This document shows positions 17,658-28,038 of a stretch of 64,000 bases of DNA, in pieces. Position 1 is the first letter of the stretch, and every line of letters starts with the position of its first letter. The position numbers and the translations under genes are program-made. The notes under the pieces are model-generated. The model saw only the letters and a program-made list of their open reading frames with translations. It was not told the origin of the DNA and did no database searches. Source of the stretch: a virus. Lineage: Duplodnaviria > Caudoviricetes. Location of the stretch: the IMG/VR virus record IMGVR_UViG_2595698880_000001, positions 1 through 64,000 of that record; one strand, given 5' to 3'.

Positions 17658-18071
17658 ATGGCTACAAATAAAGTTTCTTTTTACTACCGTAAAGATTTAA
17701 ACGTAACTAAACACGGTGAATATAAAGCCGCTGCTGATATGCCATTCGGTACAGCTGTCAAACGTAATGACGTAACAATGGAAGCTGAAGTTGCTGCTAA
17801 TAGCGCTGAATTTGAAGGTGTTGCTGATAAAGTAATCTTCAATGTACAAGGTGCTGACGATCTTACTATTAAAAAAGGCGAACGTCACCGTGTAGGTGTT
17901 GGTAAAGATTATGAAATCGTTTTAATGAAAGATAAACTTGGATCAACTGTTGCTGTCGGTGATGCTATCGAAGTAAAAGCTGGTAAATTCCAAAAGAAAA
18001 CAACTGATACTGCTGTAGGTAAAGTAGTAGCTATTTTCCCAAATGGCGAAACTGTACTTCGCATTAACTAA
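17658..18071 (+). CDS. Probable capsid decoration/cement protein
   Basis: 137 aa between scaffold and capsid; VGDAI...AVGKV beta motifs; highly expressed codon usage. Confidence 0.6.
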   Translation: MATNKVSFYYRKDLNVTKHGEYKAAADMPFGTAVKRNDVTMEAEVAANSAEFEGVADKVIFNVQGADDLTIKKGERHRVGVGKDYEIVLMKDKLGSTVAVGDAIEVKAGKFQKKTTDTAVGKVVAIFPNGETVLRIN

Positions 18072-18088
18072 TAGGAGGTTAACAAGAT

Positions 18089-19027
18089 ATGCCATCATAT
18101 ACTAAAGCTCAACGCGATAAATTTATTGAACAAGTTCGTAAATACGCTAATGCAACACGTTTAGATGAAGCTGGTAAAAAGCTTGAAAAGCGTATTGCTG
18201 CAATGGCTAAAACACCTCAAGGTATGAATGAGTTAGCTCAACTTATCACTGAAAACCTTGAAGAAGAAATGCAAGCATACGATTTACGTCCTTTACTATT
18301 CGACACAAAACCACGTAAACTTTTAGAAGTGGTTGAATACAAACGTAAAGGTAAATTCCGTGCTTACCGTACAACTCGTGGCGGTTACGTTCCTAAGTCT
18401 CAAGTATTCCAGGACGTTGTAAAAGCGCAACCTGAAGAGTTTTCAGTTCGTCCAGCTTGTCACTTACTTCAATTAGAAACAGGCCGTATTTCAGCTGTTA
18501 ACGATCTTATCACTGGTGCTCAAGAAGCATTACTTACTGAATATGCTCGTTATTTCTATGCTACACTTGAAGCTGTAAATGCTGGTGATTCTACTGGAAA
18601 GCTTAAAGCTCAAGTAACAGGTGAAGTTGATAAAACAACTTTAGATAAAATGTTACATGCTGCTTCTGCAAAAGGTGGACAAGTATCTATCGTAGGTACT
18701 CACACTTCATTAGCTCCAATCCTTGATTTCGAAGGATTCACTGATACTCAAAAAGATGAAATCATGCGTACAGGTAACTTAGGTGTTTACCGTGGTGCTC
18801 GTCTAGTTAAACTAGAAGAATTCCTTGACGCTGATGATTTAGAAGTAATCAAACATGATACTATCTTTATCGTTACTCGTAAAGCTGGATATGTTGATGA
18901 TTTCGGTGCTATTCGTTCTCGTGAAATCATTGATCCGGAACATGATGAATTCTCAATCTTAATGCGTAAAGAGTGGGGCTTCACTGTATTATATCCTGAA
19001 TATGTTCGAATGATTAAGATTGTCTAA
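18089..19027 (+). CDS. Major capsid protein
   Basis: 312 aa; HK97-like C-terminal pattern (LGVYRGARLV...WGFTVLYPE); position. Confidence 0.8.
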   Translation: MPSYTKAQRDKFIEQVRKYANATRLDEAGKKLEKRIAAMAKTPQGMNELAQLITENLEEEMQAYDLRPLLFDTKPRKLLEVVEYKRKGKFRAYRTTRGGYVPKSQVFQDVVKAQPEEFSVRPACHLLQLETGRISAVNDLITGAQEALLTEYARYFYATLEAVNAGDSTGKLKAQVTGEVDKTTLDKMLHAASAKGGQVSIVGTHTSLAPILDFEGFTDTQKDEIMRTGNLGVYRGARLVKLEEFLDADDLEVIKHDTIFIVTRKAGYVDDFGAIRSREIIDPEHDEFSILMRKEWGFTVLYPEYVRMIKIV

Positions 19028-19080
19028 TAAAATAATTGGAGGGGTTTATCCCCTTCTTATCTTTAAAGGAGTGGAATGGA

Positions 19081-19473
19081 ATGGCTGAAAATAAAGAAAT
19101 CGTTTTAATCAATAACGCTGGTCAACTTTTTACAATTAACTTCATGGGTGCTTTCCCTATTAACAAGTGGGCTAATCCAGGTGGTAAATATTATTTATCT
19201 GAAAAAGAATATGATTTCGTTAAAGCGAATTACTCACATATTCTAGGTAAGCAGCTTGTACACGAAGGTGAAGAAGGCGAAACCTATAACCAAATTGATG
19301 AAGTTTCTGCTGATGCATTTTTCACTATGCACCACACGAAACAAAAAGCAGCGATTAAAGAAATGTCTGATGAAAAACTTCAGGAGCTACTTGATTACGC
19401 TGACTTAAATGAAATCAATAAGAAAATTGTGAAAGAGATTGAAGAACAGTATCTACAGAACGAAGGTGAATGA
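19081..19473 (+). CDS. Head-associated hypothetical protein
   Basis: SD AGGAG; follows the capsid gene. Confidence 0.65.
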   Translation: MAENKEIVLINNAGQLFTINFMGAFPINKWANPGGKYYLSEKEYDFVKANYSHILGKQLVHEGEEGETYNQIDEVSADAFFTMHHTKQKAAIKEMSDEKLQELLDYADLNEINKKIVKEIEEQYLQNEGE

Positions 19474-19829
19474 CAATGATCGACTTCGAGACATTGATCC
19501 CTAAACTTCGTACACGAATTGATGATTTAGATACCGCTGATTTTGAATACAATGATGGAGAATTAACCGATCATCTGCAAAATTCACTTGATAAATATAA
19601 TATGCAATTGCCATTGGATAAACCTTCAGATGGTCAATTAATCATCGTTGAGACAATGATAGCAATTGTGACTGCTTTAAAAATGTGGGCTGATGGAGAA
19701 AGTTATTCTTACAAAAATGATGCTGTTCAAATGACACGCGGATTGATGTCTAAACATTACCTGGATACATTGAAACAACTTCGTATCGAAAGAAACGATA
19801 TCTTGGAAGGGAATGGAGGGGTTTACTAA
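19470..19829 (+). CDS. Probable head-tail adaptor
   Basis: LRTRIDD...DGEL...ESYSY pattern; size and position. Confidence 0.55.
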   Translation: MTMIDFETLIPKLRTRIDDLDTADFEYNDGELTDHLQNSLDKYNMQLPLDKPSDGQLIIVETMIAIVTALKMWADGESYSYKNDAVQMTRGLMSKHYLDTLKQLRIERNDILEGNGGVY

Positions 19830-19999
19830 TGCGTAAAGACGAAAAAGAAATCGTTAATGCATATTTATGGAAATCCCACGTTTTAATTTTAGATTTAGTT
19901 GACTTAGTTGAAGATGATAAACTTCGACAAAAGATTAAAACTAAGGTTTTAGATGTGGCCCATGAAACACAAGAATATTTAAAAAATGATGAAAAGTGA
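19829..19999 (+). CDS. 56-aa hypothetical protein (not in ORF track)
   Basis: TAATG overlap; SD GGAGG; MRKDEKEIVNAYLWKSH... Confidence 0.65.
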   Translation: MRKDEKEIVNAYLWKSHVLILDLVDLVEDDKLRQKIKTKVLDVAHETQEYLKNDEK

Positions 20000-20010
20000 G
20001 GTTTTAAATT

Positions 20011-20517
20011 ATGCCATTCACAGGTAAAGAAGAAATTTATAATGGTTATAACCGAAAATTATATTTCACAGATGGTACGCCAAATGCGAAGCCAACTGAT
20101 ACAAGTCCTACTTACACTTGGACAGAATTAGGTTATGATGACTCTTTTTCTTTCAATGAGAACGAAAACGAAGCTCAAAAATACAACAAGCGCGAAAAAT
20201 CTCATAAGAAAAAAGGCCGTCAAGAATACACATTCGATATCTCTCAACTTTACAGCGGTGTTGAATATTCTATCTTCATGTTCAAAGGTAAAACAGGAAC
20301 ATTGAAACAAGTAACTGAAAATGATGCTGGTGATATCGTAGAAGTTAACTACTTCCACAATGCTGACATTAACTCTCCACAGTTTTCAGGTGGTGGCGAT
20401 GATGGTGATGATTCTGTATCAGCTTCAGGTTCTTACTCTAAACGCTTCTTATACGATGGACAAGCTTCAGGTTCTACTTTACTGTTCGCTACTGATGGAA
20501 GTCACGAGACTCCCTAA
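20011..20517 (+). CDS. Probable major tail tube protein
   Basis: 168 aa, acidic and beta-rich (WTELG, SFSF, YTFDISQLY, VSASG); ends CCC-TAA. Confidence 0.6.
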   Translation: MPFTGKEEIYNGYNRKLYFTDGTPNAKPTDTSPTYTWTELGYDDSFSFNENENEAQKYNKREKSHKKKGRQEYTFDISQLYSGVEYSIFMFKGKTGTLKQVTENDAGDIVEVNYFHNADINSPQFSGGGDDGDDSVSASGSYSKRFLYDGQASGSTLLFATDGSHETP

Positions 20518-20579
20518 TTCGGCCCTTGATTTAGGGGGCTTATCGTATTAGATCGTTTAAGTACGATATAGTTGACAAG

Positions 20580-20612
20580 AGCACATCTATTAAGTTAGGT
20601 GTGCTTTTATTT
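20580..20612 (+). terminator. Intrinsic terminator (third of three tandem hairpins)
   Basis: AGCACATCTA/TAGGTGTGCT followed by TTTATTT. Confidence 0.7.
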
Positions 20613-20651
20613 GTATCGTGTGAGTTTTCGTCGGTTAAGGCCCATTTGTAA

Positions 20652-20681
20652 GAGAAAAAACATTTCATTCAAGATATTAAT
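20652..20681 (+). promoter_or_regulatory. Putative phage late promoter
   Basis: GAGAAA-N16-ATATTAAT. Confidence 0.65.
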
Positions 20682-20713
20682 AACAATGTAACATTAATTA
20701 AGGAGGTTAAAGC

Positions 20714-21232
20714 ATGACTTCATATTTATATGATGATGGTAATGGTCTTCGCACATCTGCTCGTGTCGAACCAACAACAGGGAAACCAATTACAGACGTT
20801 TCTAACATGGTTAAAACTAAAAGTGGTTTATGGATACCACAAACAGGTACAGAAGATGGCGCTGCAAACGTTCAAGTAGCTGGATCGGATATTATGATGC
20901 CAACACACTTACAACGTCAATTCACTCCACAAGATAAAGTTGCTACAGGTATTTCTTTGACTGCTGGATCAACTCAAACAGTTTTTGTTGCTGACTTTGA
21001 TGGTTTTGCTAATTTTGGTGTTATGTCTGTTCCTACAACTTCTCACGATTATAACCTTTCTGTTTTTTGTAGTCCTGATGGCAACACGTTGGTAGAAAGA
21101 AATATGAAATCCGGTGCAGGATGGGGTAAATCACTAACAGGCGCTTCAGTAGGAGCATTTGTTATGATCCAAATTACTAACAATAGTGGTGCTGCTGCAA
21201 CTTATGACATTTGGTTAAGAAAATTTAATTAA
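20714..21232 (+). CDS. Putative virion structural protein
   Basis: 172 aa; jelly-roll-like C-terminus; strong SD. Confidence 0.6.
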   Translation: MTSYLYDDGNGLRTSARVEPTTGKPITDVSNMVKTKSGLWIPQTGTEDGAANVQVAGSDIMMPTHLQRQFTPQDKVATGISLTAGSTQTVFVADFDGFANFGVMSVPTTSHDYNLSVFCSPDGNTLVERNMKSGAGWGKSLTGASVGAFVMIQITNNSGAAATYDIWLRKFN

Positions 21233-21247
21233 TAAGGAGGTTAAAAC

Positions 21248-21685
21248 ATGACTACTTTTATCGAAGCAATGCCTAAAGAGATGAGCATGTTTGATGGCGA
21301 AATCTTTTACTTAACTCCTAGTTGGGAAAACAACGGAATTTATTTGGATGGTTATACGCGTGTAGCGTGGTTCAAAAATATGTTCCCTGAAATTGCTGAT
21401 GCAGAACTGCCATTAAAAAGAGAATTGTACGATCAACTAAAAGCTATTGGTGAATGTTGGTTGATGAATGCAGCTCAATGGAGAAAGAATGATATTATTC
21501 AAGTTGAGGGTTTGACAGCTGAAGATAAATTGGATGATGAGGAAGTTTTGTTAGATATAATGAACCAACAACGAAACCCTAATCCTGAACCTGAAGAACT
21601 TGAAGAACCAATTGAAGAAACACCTGTTGAAGAACAACCTGTAGAACAACCTACAGAAGAGGAAGTACCAACTGAAGAGGTGTAA
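21248..21685 (+). CDS. Hypothetical protein with Glu/Pro-rich acidic tail
   Basis: C-terminal EPEELEEPIEETPVEEQPVEQPTEEEVPTEEV. Confidence 0.7.
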   Translation: MTTFIEAMPKEMSMFDGEIFYLTPSWENNGIYLDGYTRVAWFKNMFPEIADAELPLKRELYDQLKAIGECWLMNAAQWRKNDIIQVEGLTAEDKLDDEEVLLDIMNQQRNPNPEPEELEEPIEETPVEEQPVEQPTEEEVPTEEV

Positions 21686-21715
21686 CAACCTCTTCTTTCA
21701 AAAGGAGGGAATGGA

Positions 21716-24418
21716 ATGAAAGAAATAATCAATTTATTGGATATAAATGATTTGAATTGGTCTTTAGGTTCTGCTGATAGTTCTTGGAACTTAACATCTT
21801 CTAACTCTAGGATAAGAAAAGACAAACGTGTACCTGTTAAACCAAACACACAATATACATTGAAGTGTGCTCCTGGTTATCAGATTTATCTAAGACAATT
21901 CTCAAGCGAGTCTACAAATGAATTAAATCCAATGAACCAAACGTGGAGAGATAACAATTTTACTTTTAGAACAGAATCGAACGCTAACTTTTTAGGTGTT
22001 ATTTTAAGAAGAAGTTCTGATGCTAATATTTCTCTTTCTGAATTACCTGTTATTAATCCTGTTATTTTTGAAGGTGCATTAAATTCTTATCCGCTAAATC
22101 AAGTTTATAACTATCCTGCTGTATTGTCACAAAAAAACCTTTTGATAATCGAACCTAGAATGTGGCCACAAGGAGTTAGACAACAGAATCAATCAATCCA
22201 AATTGGGAATTACCGTATTACTTACGGTGGAACTTTCCCAAAAGTTGAAGAAAACAAAACATATAGACTCGAAATGAACACAAGTTATAAAGCAGGAGTG
22301 TTTGTATTTGATAAAAATAATGTTTGTTTATTAGATACAGGATGGAAATACGGCCCTTTTGATTTTGTTATACCTCCTGGTGGAACGAAAATTTCTGTAA
22401 ACTTCGCTATGTCTAATGATGGTGCTATTGATCCTAATAGAATTATTCAGAGTGGATTAACTATTTTTAAAAAGAATCCTGATAGTAACAAACCAGCTAA
22501 AATGTATAGAGGTAAAAATTTCTTGACATTCCCTGATGGCGAATGGACTAGAAGACCAGGAACACTAAACACAACATTCACTGAAAATCGTTTAGAATGG
22601 GATAATTTCCAGGATTACGCCGGTGTACAAATTCTTTTAGAAGATGCTTTGTTGCAAGGTAAAACTGTAACTTTTGGTGGCAAACGTCATGTTAATGCTA
22701 CTATTATTTTGTATTATAGGAAAGCTGATGGTAGTAACGCTTACATCGGATTAGGCTCTAATGAAGTTGAAAGGACTTTGACCATCCCTTACGGTGCTTC
22801 TGAATGTCGCTTTTATGTACAAAACGCAAATGGAGTAAGAGGTATTTTATGGGCTGAAGACCTATACTTAAACCTTGATTCTGACAAAATGTACACTCCA
22901 TCTAAAAAGCAAAATAAACAAGCTGACCTTTCGCCGAAAAAGAATTTACTGAAAGATGTTCAAGTTTTAGACTCTTCTAATGTTTGGTTAAAAGAGAATG
23001 GCGTTGAATCTTGTGTTAGAACAGGTGAAAAATTTAAAGGTGCTGATGTTTACAGGATTACTTTTTTACCTGATAAAAACGGACGTGTGTATCAATTGTT
23101 TGAAGATAAAGGCATTGTTAGTGCTAGTATTTGGATAAAATACATTCAGTACGATACTACTTTACTTTTAACTTTGAGAGAACAAAATTTTGGAACTTCT
23201 GCTGGACTTGTTTCGATTAATACTGATTCTCCTGATTGGCAATACATTAAATTAGAAAACTCTAACGTCCAAACAAGTAAACCTTATATGTTTGCATTAT
23301 ACAAGTCAGGAATGACACAAACAAGAAAAGTAATAGTTGACATAGCGATGCCGCAATTAGAAAAAGGGCCGGTAGCAACTTCTTTTGAACTGTATAAACT
23401 TTCAAACAAAAAGGACATTAAGACCGTAGCTAATTTGATCGATAAAAATTCTTTAACACCTAACATGTACGTTCGTGATAGCGATGGAGTAGTGACAGCT
23501 TCAGGAGCAGGAATGAGTGCTCTTGACTTCGTATCTATTGAAGAAGGTAAAAGTTACGTGTTTGAAAATGCACCATATTCATTTACTTTGCAACAACGTT
23601 ATGCGTTTTACGACAAAAACAAAGTGTTCATAAGTGGTACTTCTCACTACAGTTCGGTTTCTGCAAACAATCCCAAAACTTTTGTAGCACCAAAAGGAGC
23701 TGCTTATGTAAGGACTGCCCTTTTACCTTCTGAACTATCAACAGCTAGATTTTATTGTGTTGAAGATAACACAAAATCGAATAACTTAGGTCTTGATAGA
23801 GCACCAATTCAAGATTTACCTATCGTCACTTCACGAAATCTCGAAGTAGCTAAAGGTGGTAAGTTGTATGGTTCGAACCAAACAGTAGTTGTTAATGGTG
23901 GTATTCAAGTTTCTGAAACTTTAAAAGAAATGCACAAAACGAAACAAGTTGGAATTATTGATAATATGGCTGGATCACTTGAGTTTACTTATATTCCTGC
24001 TGAAGATCAAGCTACACTAAAAAATACGACAGTGAACCGTACTTATTTTTCTACAGGTGGCGGTCAACAATTCCGTGTTTGGTGTTGGGGTGGAGGTTCT
24101 ACACATATTATTAATTTCGATATGACTGCTTCTACCGGAAACAGAACGTTCTTTGATTTTGGTACAACGTTAACAACACTACAAAAAGGAGTACCAATTA
24201 CATTTAGAATTGAATGGAGCATCACAGAATTTAAACTGTTTGTAAATGGTGAGAATCGCTTAACTAAAACAATTAACGCCGGTGGTTCTTTCAATACACA
24301 ACCTTTAACTAACCCTTTGTACATCGGATGGAACACTACAGAATATACACCTATGCCTGGTGTCATGAAGGATATCACAGTTAAAGATAGAAACGGAAAT
24401 GTCACACTAAAACTTTAA
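21716..24418 (+). CDS. Putative fibre/adhesin with tandem carbohydrate-binding-like modules and a C-terminal LamG-like domain
   Basis: Repeated KNLL / VKPNTQYTL / FxxPxGAxYxR modules; MPQLEKGPVATSF; KLFVNG...LYIG. Confidence 0.6.
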   Translation: MKEIINLLDINDLNWSLGSADSSWNLTSSNSRIRKDKRVPVKPNTQYTLKCAPGYQIYLRQFSSESTNELNPMNQTWRDNNFTFRTESNANFLGVILRRSSDANISLSELPVINPVIFEGALNSYPLNQVYNYPAVLSQKNLLIIEPRMWPQGVRQQNQSIQIGNYRITYGGTFPKVEENKTYRLEMNTSYKAGVFVFDKNNVCLLDTGWKYGPFDFVIPPGGTKISVNFAMSNDGAIDPNRIIQSGLTIFKKNPDSNKPAKMYRGKNFLTFPDGEWTRRPGTLNTTFTENRLEWDNFQDYAGVQILLEDALLQGKTVTFGGKRHVNATIILYYRKADGSNAYIGLGSNEVERTLTIPYGASECRFYVQNANGVRGILWAEDLYLNLDSDKMYTPSKKQNKQADLSPKKNLLKDVQVLDSSNVWLKENGVESCVRTGEKFKGADVYRITFLPDKNGRVYQLFEDKGIVSASIWIKYIQYDTTLLLTLREQNFGTSAGLVSINTDSPDWQYIKLENSNVQTSKPYMFALYKSGMTQTRKVIVDIAMPQLEKGPVATSFELYKLSNKKDIKTVANLIDKNSLTPNMYVRDSDGVVTASGAGMSALDFVSIEEGKSYVFENAPYSFTLQQRYAFYDKNKVFISGTSHYSSVSANNPKTFVAPKGAAYVRTALLPSELSTARFYCVEDNTKSNNLGLDRAPIQDLPIVTSRNLEVAKGGKLYGSNQTVVVNGGIQVSETLKEMHKTKQVGIIDNMAGSLEFTYIPAEDQATLKNTTVNRTYFSTGGGQQFRVWCWGGGSTHIINFDMTASTGNRTFFDFGTTLTTLQKGVPITFRIEWSITEFKLFVNGENRLTKTINAGGSFNTQPLTNPLYIGWNTTEYTPMPGVMKDITVKDRNGNVTLKL

Positions 24419-24434
24419 TTAATGAGGTGCTAAA

Positions 24435-24626
24435 ATGGACATTATTGTATGTTTAAATGACGGAACAAGTTTTGAAGTTCATATTGAAAATTATGATCCG
24501 ATGGCGATTGCTGAACAATTAAATGATGCAACTAAATCTATGATCGTATTTGGTTATTATGTTGTTCAACGATATTCTGTTGTCAAGGTAATGCCGAAAC
24601 CACCAACAGAAGTTGCAGCAGAATAA
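24435..24626 (+). CDS. Hypothetical protein
   Basis: SD GAGGTG; followed by a terminator at 24625-24653. Confidence 0.7.
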   Translation: MDIIVCLNDGTSFEVHIENYDPMAIAEQLNDATKSMIVFGYYVVQRYSVVKVMPKPPTEVAAE

Positions 24627-24656
24627 GGAGGGGCTAATGCTCCTTCTTTTTTTGTG

Positions 24657-24686
24657 GAGAAAAAACATGCGAAAAATGATATTTAT
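24657..24686 (+). promoter_or_regulatory. Putative phage late promoter
   Basis: GAGAAA-N16-ATATTTAT; first 12 nt identical to the 20652 promoter. Confidence 0.6.
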
Positions 24687-24718
24687 AACTGTAGACAGGT
24701 CATACAAGGAGGTACAAA

Positions 24719-27313
24719 ATGAGTGTAATTAAAAGCTATCAGATAAATCTTGATATATCAAAAGACATTAAGAACAATCACTTTTCATTCAACCAAAACG
24801 ACACGAATACCGCGAAGATTACAGTTAACTTGACTAACAATAAAATTCCGGTTTCACTCACTGGATCAACAGTACGTTTTGCGTTTTTAAAAGCTGATGG
24901 AAAAAGAGTTTATCAAAATGCAACGATTGTTAATCCAACAGGCGGTATCGTTGAAGTAATGTTGAACTCACAAGTTCTAGCCGTACCGAAAAGAGTCAAA
25001 GCAGAAGTAGAACTCTATTTCGATGGCACACAACAAAATGCTGTAACTAGACCTTTCGAATTTACTGTTGAACGATCTATCTTGAGTACAGAAGCTATTC
25101 AAAGTTCTAATGATTTTCCTATCATCAACACATTGAATCAAAAGTTAGCTGATGTGATGAATGTTGACTTGAAACAATTAGCTGATGTTGGAGCTTCGAT
25201 GAATAGTATTAAAGCAGACGTTACTACCCTGGATCGTAAAACGGATTGGATCGATGTACGCGATTACGGTGTAAAAGGTGACGGAACAGGTGATGATGCT
25301 GTAGGTATTATTGCTGCTTTAGCAATGACTGAAACATTAAAACGTAAAAGGGTCATTATGCCTGATGGACTTTATAATGTCGGCCAAACAATTGTTGTTC
25401 CGCGAAGAATACATTTGGACTTGAGCAAAAGCACATTCATACGGCCCATCAAAGATATCAACGTGATCCAGCTGAAGCCTGAAGCTCAATTAACAAGTGG
25501 TGTTATTGACACAAGACGTTTCACTGGAAGAACTTTTACAGATTTCACTAAAGCTTGTATTTATTTAGATGGTAATGATGTGTTTTCACTTTATAATGAA
25601 TTGCATCAAATCAACGGTATTATGATGTTAGGTGAAGATCATTACTATACAGATCAGAATTGGACAGGAACAGGTGTGAGATTCTATTCCGGTAAGGGCG
25701 CTAATGGAGAAGCTAAATTTATTTCATTCGTCAACTGTTCACAATTAGGTATCTTCAACTTCCAAAAAGGGATTCATTTAGATGTAGATACTACCATTAA
25801 GACTAATGATGAATGGGCTTGGGTAACAGGTTGTACGTTCGATCAAGTGAATATGATGAACTGTACACAATCGATTGTACTTAATGGTGATCGTGGAATT
25901 CCGCGTGATGTTGGTGGTAATATCTTCACAAACATGCAAATTCAAATCGAACCAACTTCTGATTATGCAATTTATTGTGAAGGTAGTTTTAACCGCTTTG
26001 AAGGCTTATTTTGGGATTTACACAAGAACCCTAATCCTAGTATTAAGTTTGCGAAAAGTTCTCGTTTTAACGTAGTTAAATGCGCTCACGGATATGACTC
26101 ACCTCAACACTTTTTAGATGAAGGTTATGACAATACAATCGAAAGTGCAACTAACCACACACCGCATAAACGTAATATGGCCTATCCTTTATCTACTCCT
26201 TTTAATCCTAGTATGTTAGGAAATCAGGATGATTATTTAGTTCGTGGTGATCTTCGCGGATATACTTTTACTCAAGTATCCAATCACACAATTAAGTATG
26301 GTGGTAATTTAAAAGAGCTATTAACTATGGAAATGGAAACAGGTGTTACATGGGGTGCTGCTGGAACAACCTATGATGCTCCTATCGTATTCGAAATTGA
26401 CTTATCTTCTGATCCGATTTGGTACGGTGCGTTTTTTGGCGTTATGGGTGCTTGGAATACTTATCCTAAAGGGGTTCGAATAGAAGCTTATGATGCCATA
26501 ACAAGTAAATGGGAGTGGTGTCATGAAGTCGATAAGAATAGTAGCTATCCTTTTGTAGTCGCAGCACCGTGGGTAGGTATTAGTAAATGTACTAAAATCA
26601 GAATTTCGTTATGGGGAACAAATCAACCATCAGGAACAGACGTTCAACTAAGTCGCGTTTTTGCTGTAAGTGGTAAAAATGAAGGTAAAGCGTGGTTTCC
26701 GAAAGCTGGTGGTAATGTAGACGGAAAGATTTATACTATTGGTGGCCTAGTGATGGATAAACGTACTGATGATCCTGCTACTGCTGAAGTAGGTCAAGTG
26801 TGGTACAGAACTGATTCAAGCAAATCTCCTGTTCGTGTTATGACTTCAGAAGGCGTTAAATCCTTCACATTGCAATCTATACCAAATGAATACCTTAACA
26901 TTGCTGGTGCTGTTAAAAACGGAACAACAGCTGTTATAGCGGAAAATACAACTGATTATTTTAGAATCACTTGTAAAAACAATTCAGACGGTTTAATCAT
27001 CCCTATGACTAGTGCTGTTGTCGGAAAAACCTATACACTTGTTTTAGATGTGATGTTGTTAAATACAGTAGATGACGTTATCCAGGTTCGATTGTATAAC
27101 AGAACGAAAAACACTTATTACAATCTTAATTTAGCAGTCACGACAACAGCATTAAATACTAAGCAACGCATAACAAAGAACTTCACTTTTACAGCAGGAT
27201 CGACTTTTGCAGCTGGTGATGCAATTGAATTATGGATTGTTCAATCGTGGAAGAATAACACTCACGATACATTTGAGTACAAGGTATTCAAGGACACGCT
27301 TGCTATTTATTAG
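24719..27313 (+). CDS. BppU-like N-terminus + beta-helix (pectate-lyase-like) tailspike/depolymerase
   Basis: QNDTNTAKITVNL...LTGSTV; IDVRDYGVKGDGTGDD...MPDGLY. Confidence 0.75.
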   Translation: MSVIKSYQINLDISKDIKNNHFSFNQNDTNTAKITVNLTNNKIPVSLTGSTVRFAFLKADGKRVYQNATIVNPTGGIVEVMLNSQVLAVPKRVKAEVELYFDGTQQNAVTRPFEFTVERSILSTEAIQSSNDFPIINTLNQKLADVMNVDLKQLADVGASMNSIKADVTTLDRKTDWIDVRDYGVKGDGTGDDAVGIIAALAMTETLKRKRVIMPDGLYNVGQTIVVPRRIHLDLSKSTFIRPIKDINVIQLKPEAQLTSGVIDTRRFTGRTFTDFTKACIYLDGNDVFSLYNELHQINGIMMLGEDHYYTDQNWTGTGVRFYSGKGANGEAKFISFVNCSQLGIFNFQKGIHLDVDTTIKTNDEWAWVTGCTFDQVNMMNCTQSIVLNGDRGIPRDVGGNIFTNMQIQIEPTSDYAIYCEGSFNRFEGLFWDLHKNPNPSIKFAKSSRFNVVKCAHGYDSPQHFLDEGYDNTIESATNHTPHKRNMAYPLSTPFNPSMLGNQDDYLVRGDLRGYTFTQVSNHTIKYGGNLKELLTMEMETGVTWGAAGTTYDAPIVFEIDLSSDPIWYGAFFGVMGAWNTYPKGVRIEAYDAITSKWEWCHEVDKNSSYPFVVAAPWVGISKCTKIRISLWGTNQPSGTDVQLSRVFAVSGKNEGKAWFPKAGGNVDGKIYTIGGLVMDKRTDDPATAEVGQVWYRTDSSKSPVRVMTSEGVKSFTLQSIPNEYLNIAGAVKNGTTAVIAENTTDYFRITCKNNSDGLIIPMTSAVVGKTYTLVLDVMLLNTVDDVIQVRLYNRTKNTYYNLNLAVTTTALNTKQRITKNFTFTAGSTFAAGDAIELWIVQSWKNNTHDTFEYKVFKDTLAIY

Positions 27314-27324
27314 GAGGGAAATGG

Positions 27325-28032
27325 ATGCTCACTTTAGTACACGAAGACATTTGCGTTTATTTGGATTATATGATTTCGCAAAGTCTACAGAAGACAGGTA
27401 AAAATTTATCTTTCATAAATGATTCTATTGAAGGGATAGCTAATTTGGGCCGCTTTGAAATCGAAGTGGTTCAAGGTTCTTTTGCAAGATTCACAATTAA
27501 GATCGAAACACAAACAATCACTTTCAATACTCCTTTAGTTGTTGGTGACAAATTAAGCATTGATTTGGATAAAAACATCTTTAAAAAGAACGGATCGATG
27601 ATCTTCACTGATGCTATTTTAACATTAGAAGATAACTCTTACGTTAATGTCAATGTTGATTTTGTTGGTGATGGTACTGCTTCTGTAACTTATTTCTATA
27701 AGTATTATGAAAAAAGAACAGATGATTTGATGTTTGTTGATAGTCTATCTTATGACAAAAGTATCGAATACTCAAGTAGAACAAACATTCGAAATGAAAA
27801 GAAGATCGTCGGCAATAAAAAAGAAACGTTCAGTTTTTCTTTAAGCCTTATTTGGAATGAGGATCAAGCTGAATTGATCGATGACGAATTCCGTTTACGT
27901 CTGATTGATGAAGAAGGATTTCCAATCGAAACAATGGCTGGATGTGTAATTACTTCTGAACGAAAAGGTTCTTCTTCTAATGGTGGAGATTTCACTTACG
28001 AAATTTCAGGAAGTTTCGAAAAAATTTATTAA
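27325..28032 (+). CDS. Tail protein with Dit-like N-terminal half and tail-tube-like C-terminal half
   Basis: VGDKLSIDLDKN; C-terminal half aligns by eye with the 20011-20517 product. Confidence 0.5.
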   Translation: MLTLVHEDICVYLDYMISQSLQKTGKNLSFINDSIEGIANLGRFEIEVVQGSFARFTIKIETQTITFNTPLVVGDKLSIDLDKNIFKKNGSMIFTDAILTLEDNSYVNVNVDFVGDGTASVTYFYKYYEKRTDDLMFVDSLSYDKSIEYSSRTNIRNEKKIVGNKKETFSFSLSLIWNEDQAELIDDEFRLRLIDEEGFPIETMAGCVITSERKGSSSNGGDFTYEISGSFEKIY

Positions 28033-28038
28033 AGAAAT

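Noticed and set aside
20518-20650. tRNA or tRNA-like gene in the multi-hairpin spacer
   Set aside because: No T-loop GTTCRA and no acceptor stem; the hairpins are tandem, not a cloverleaf.
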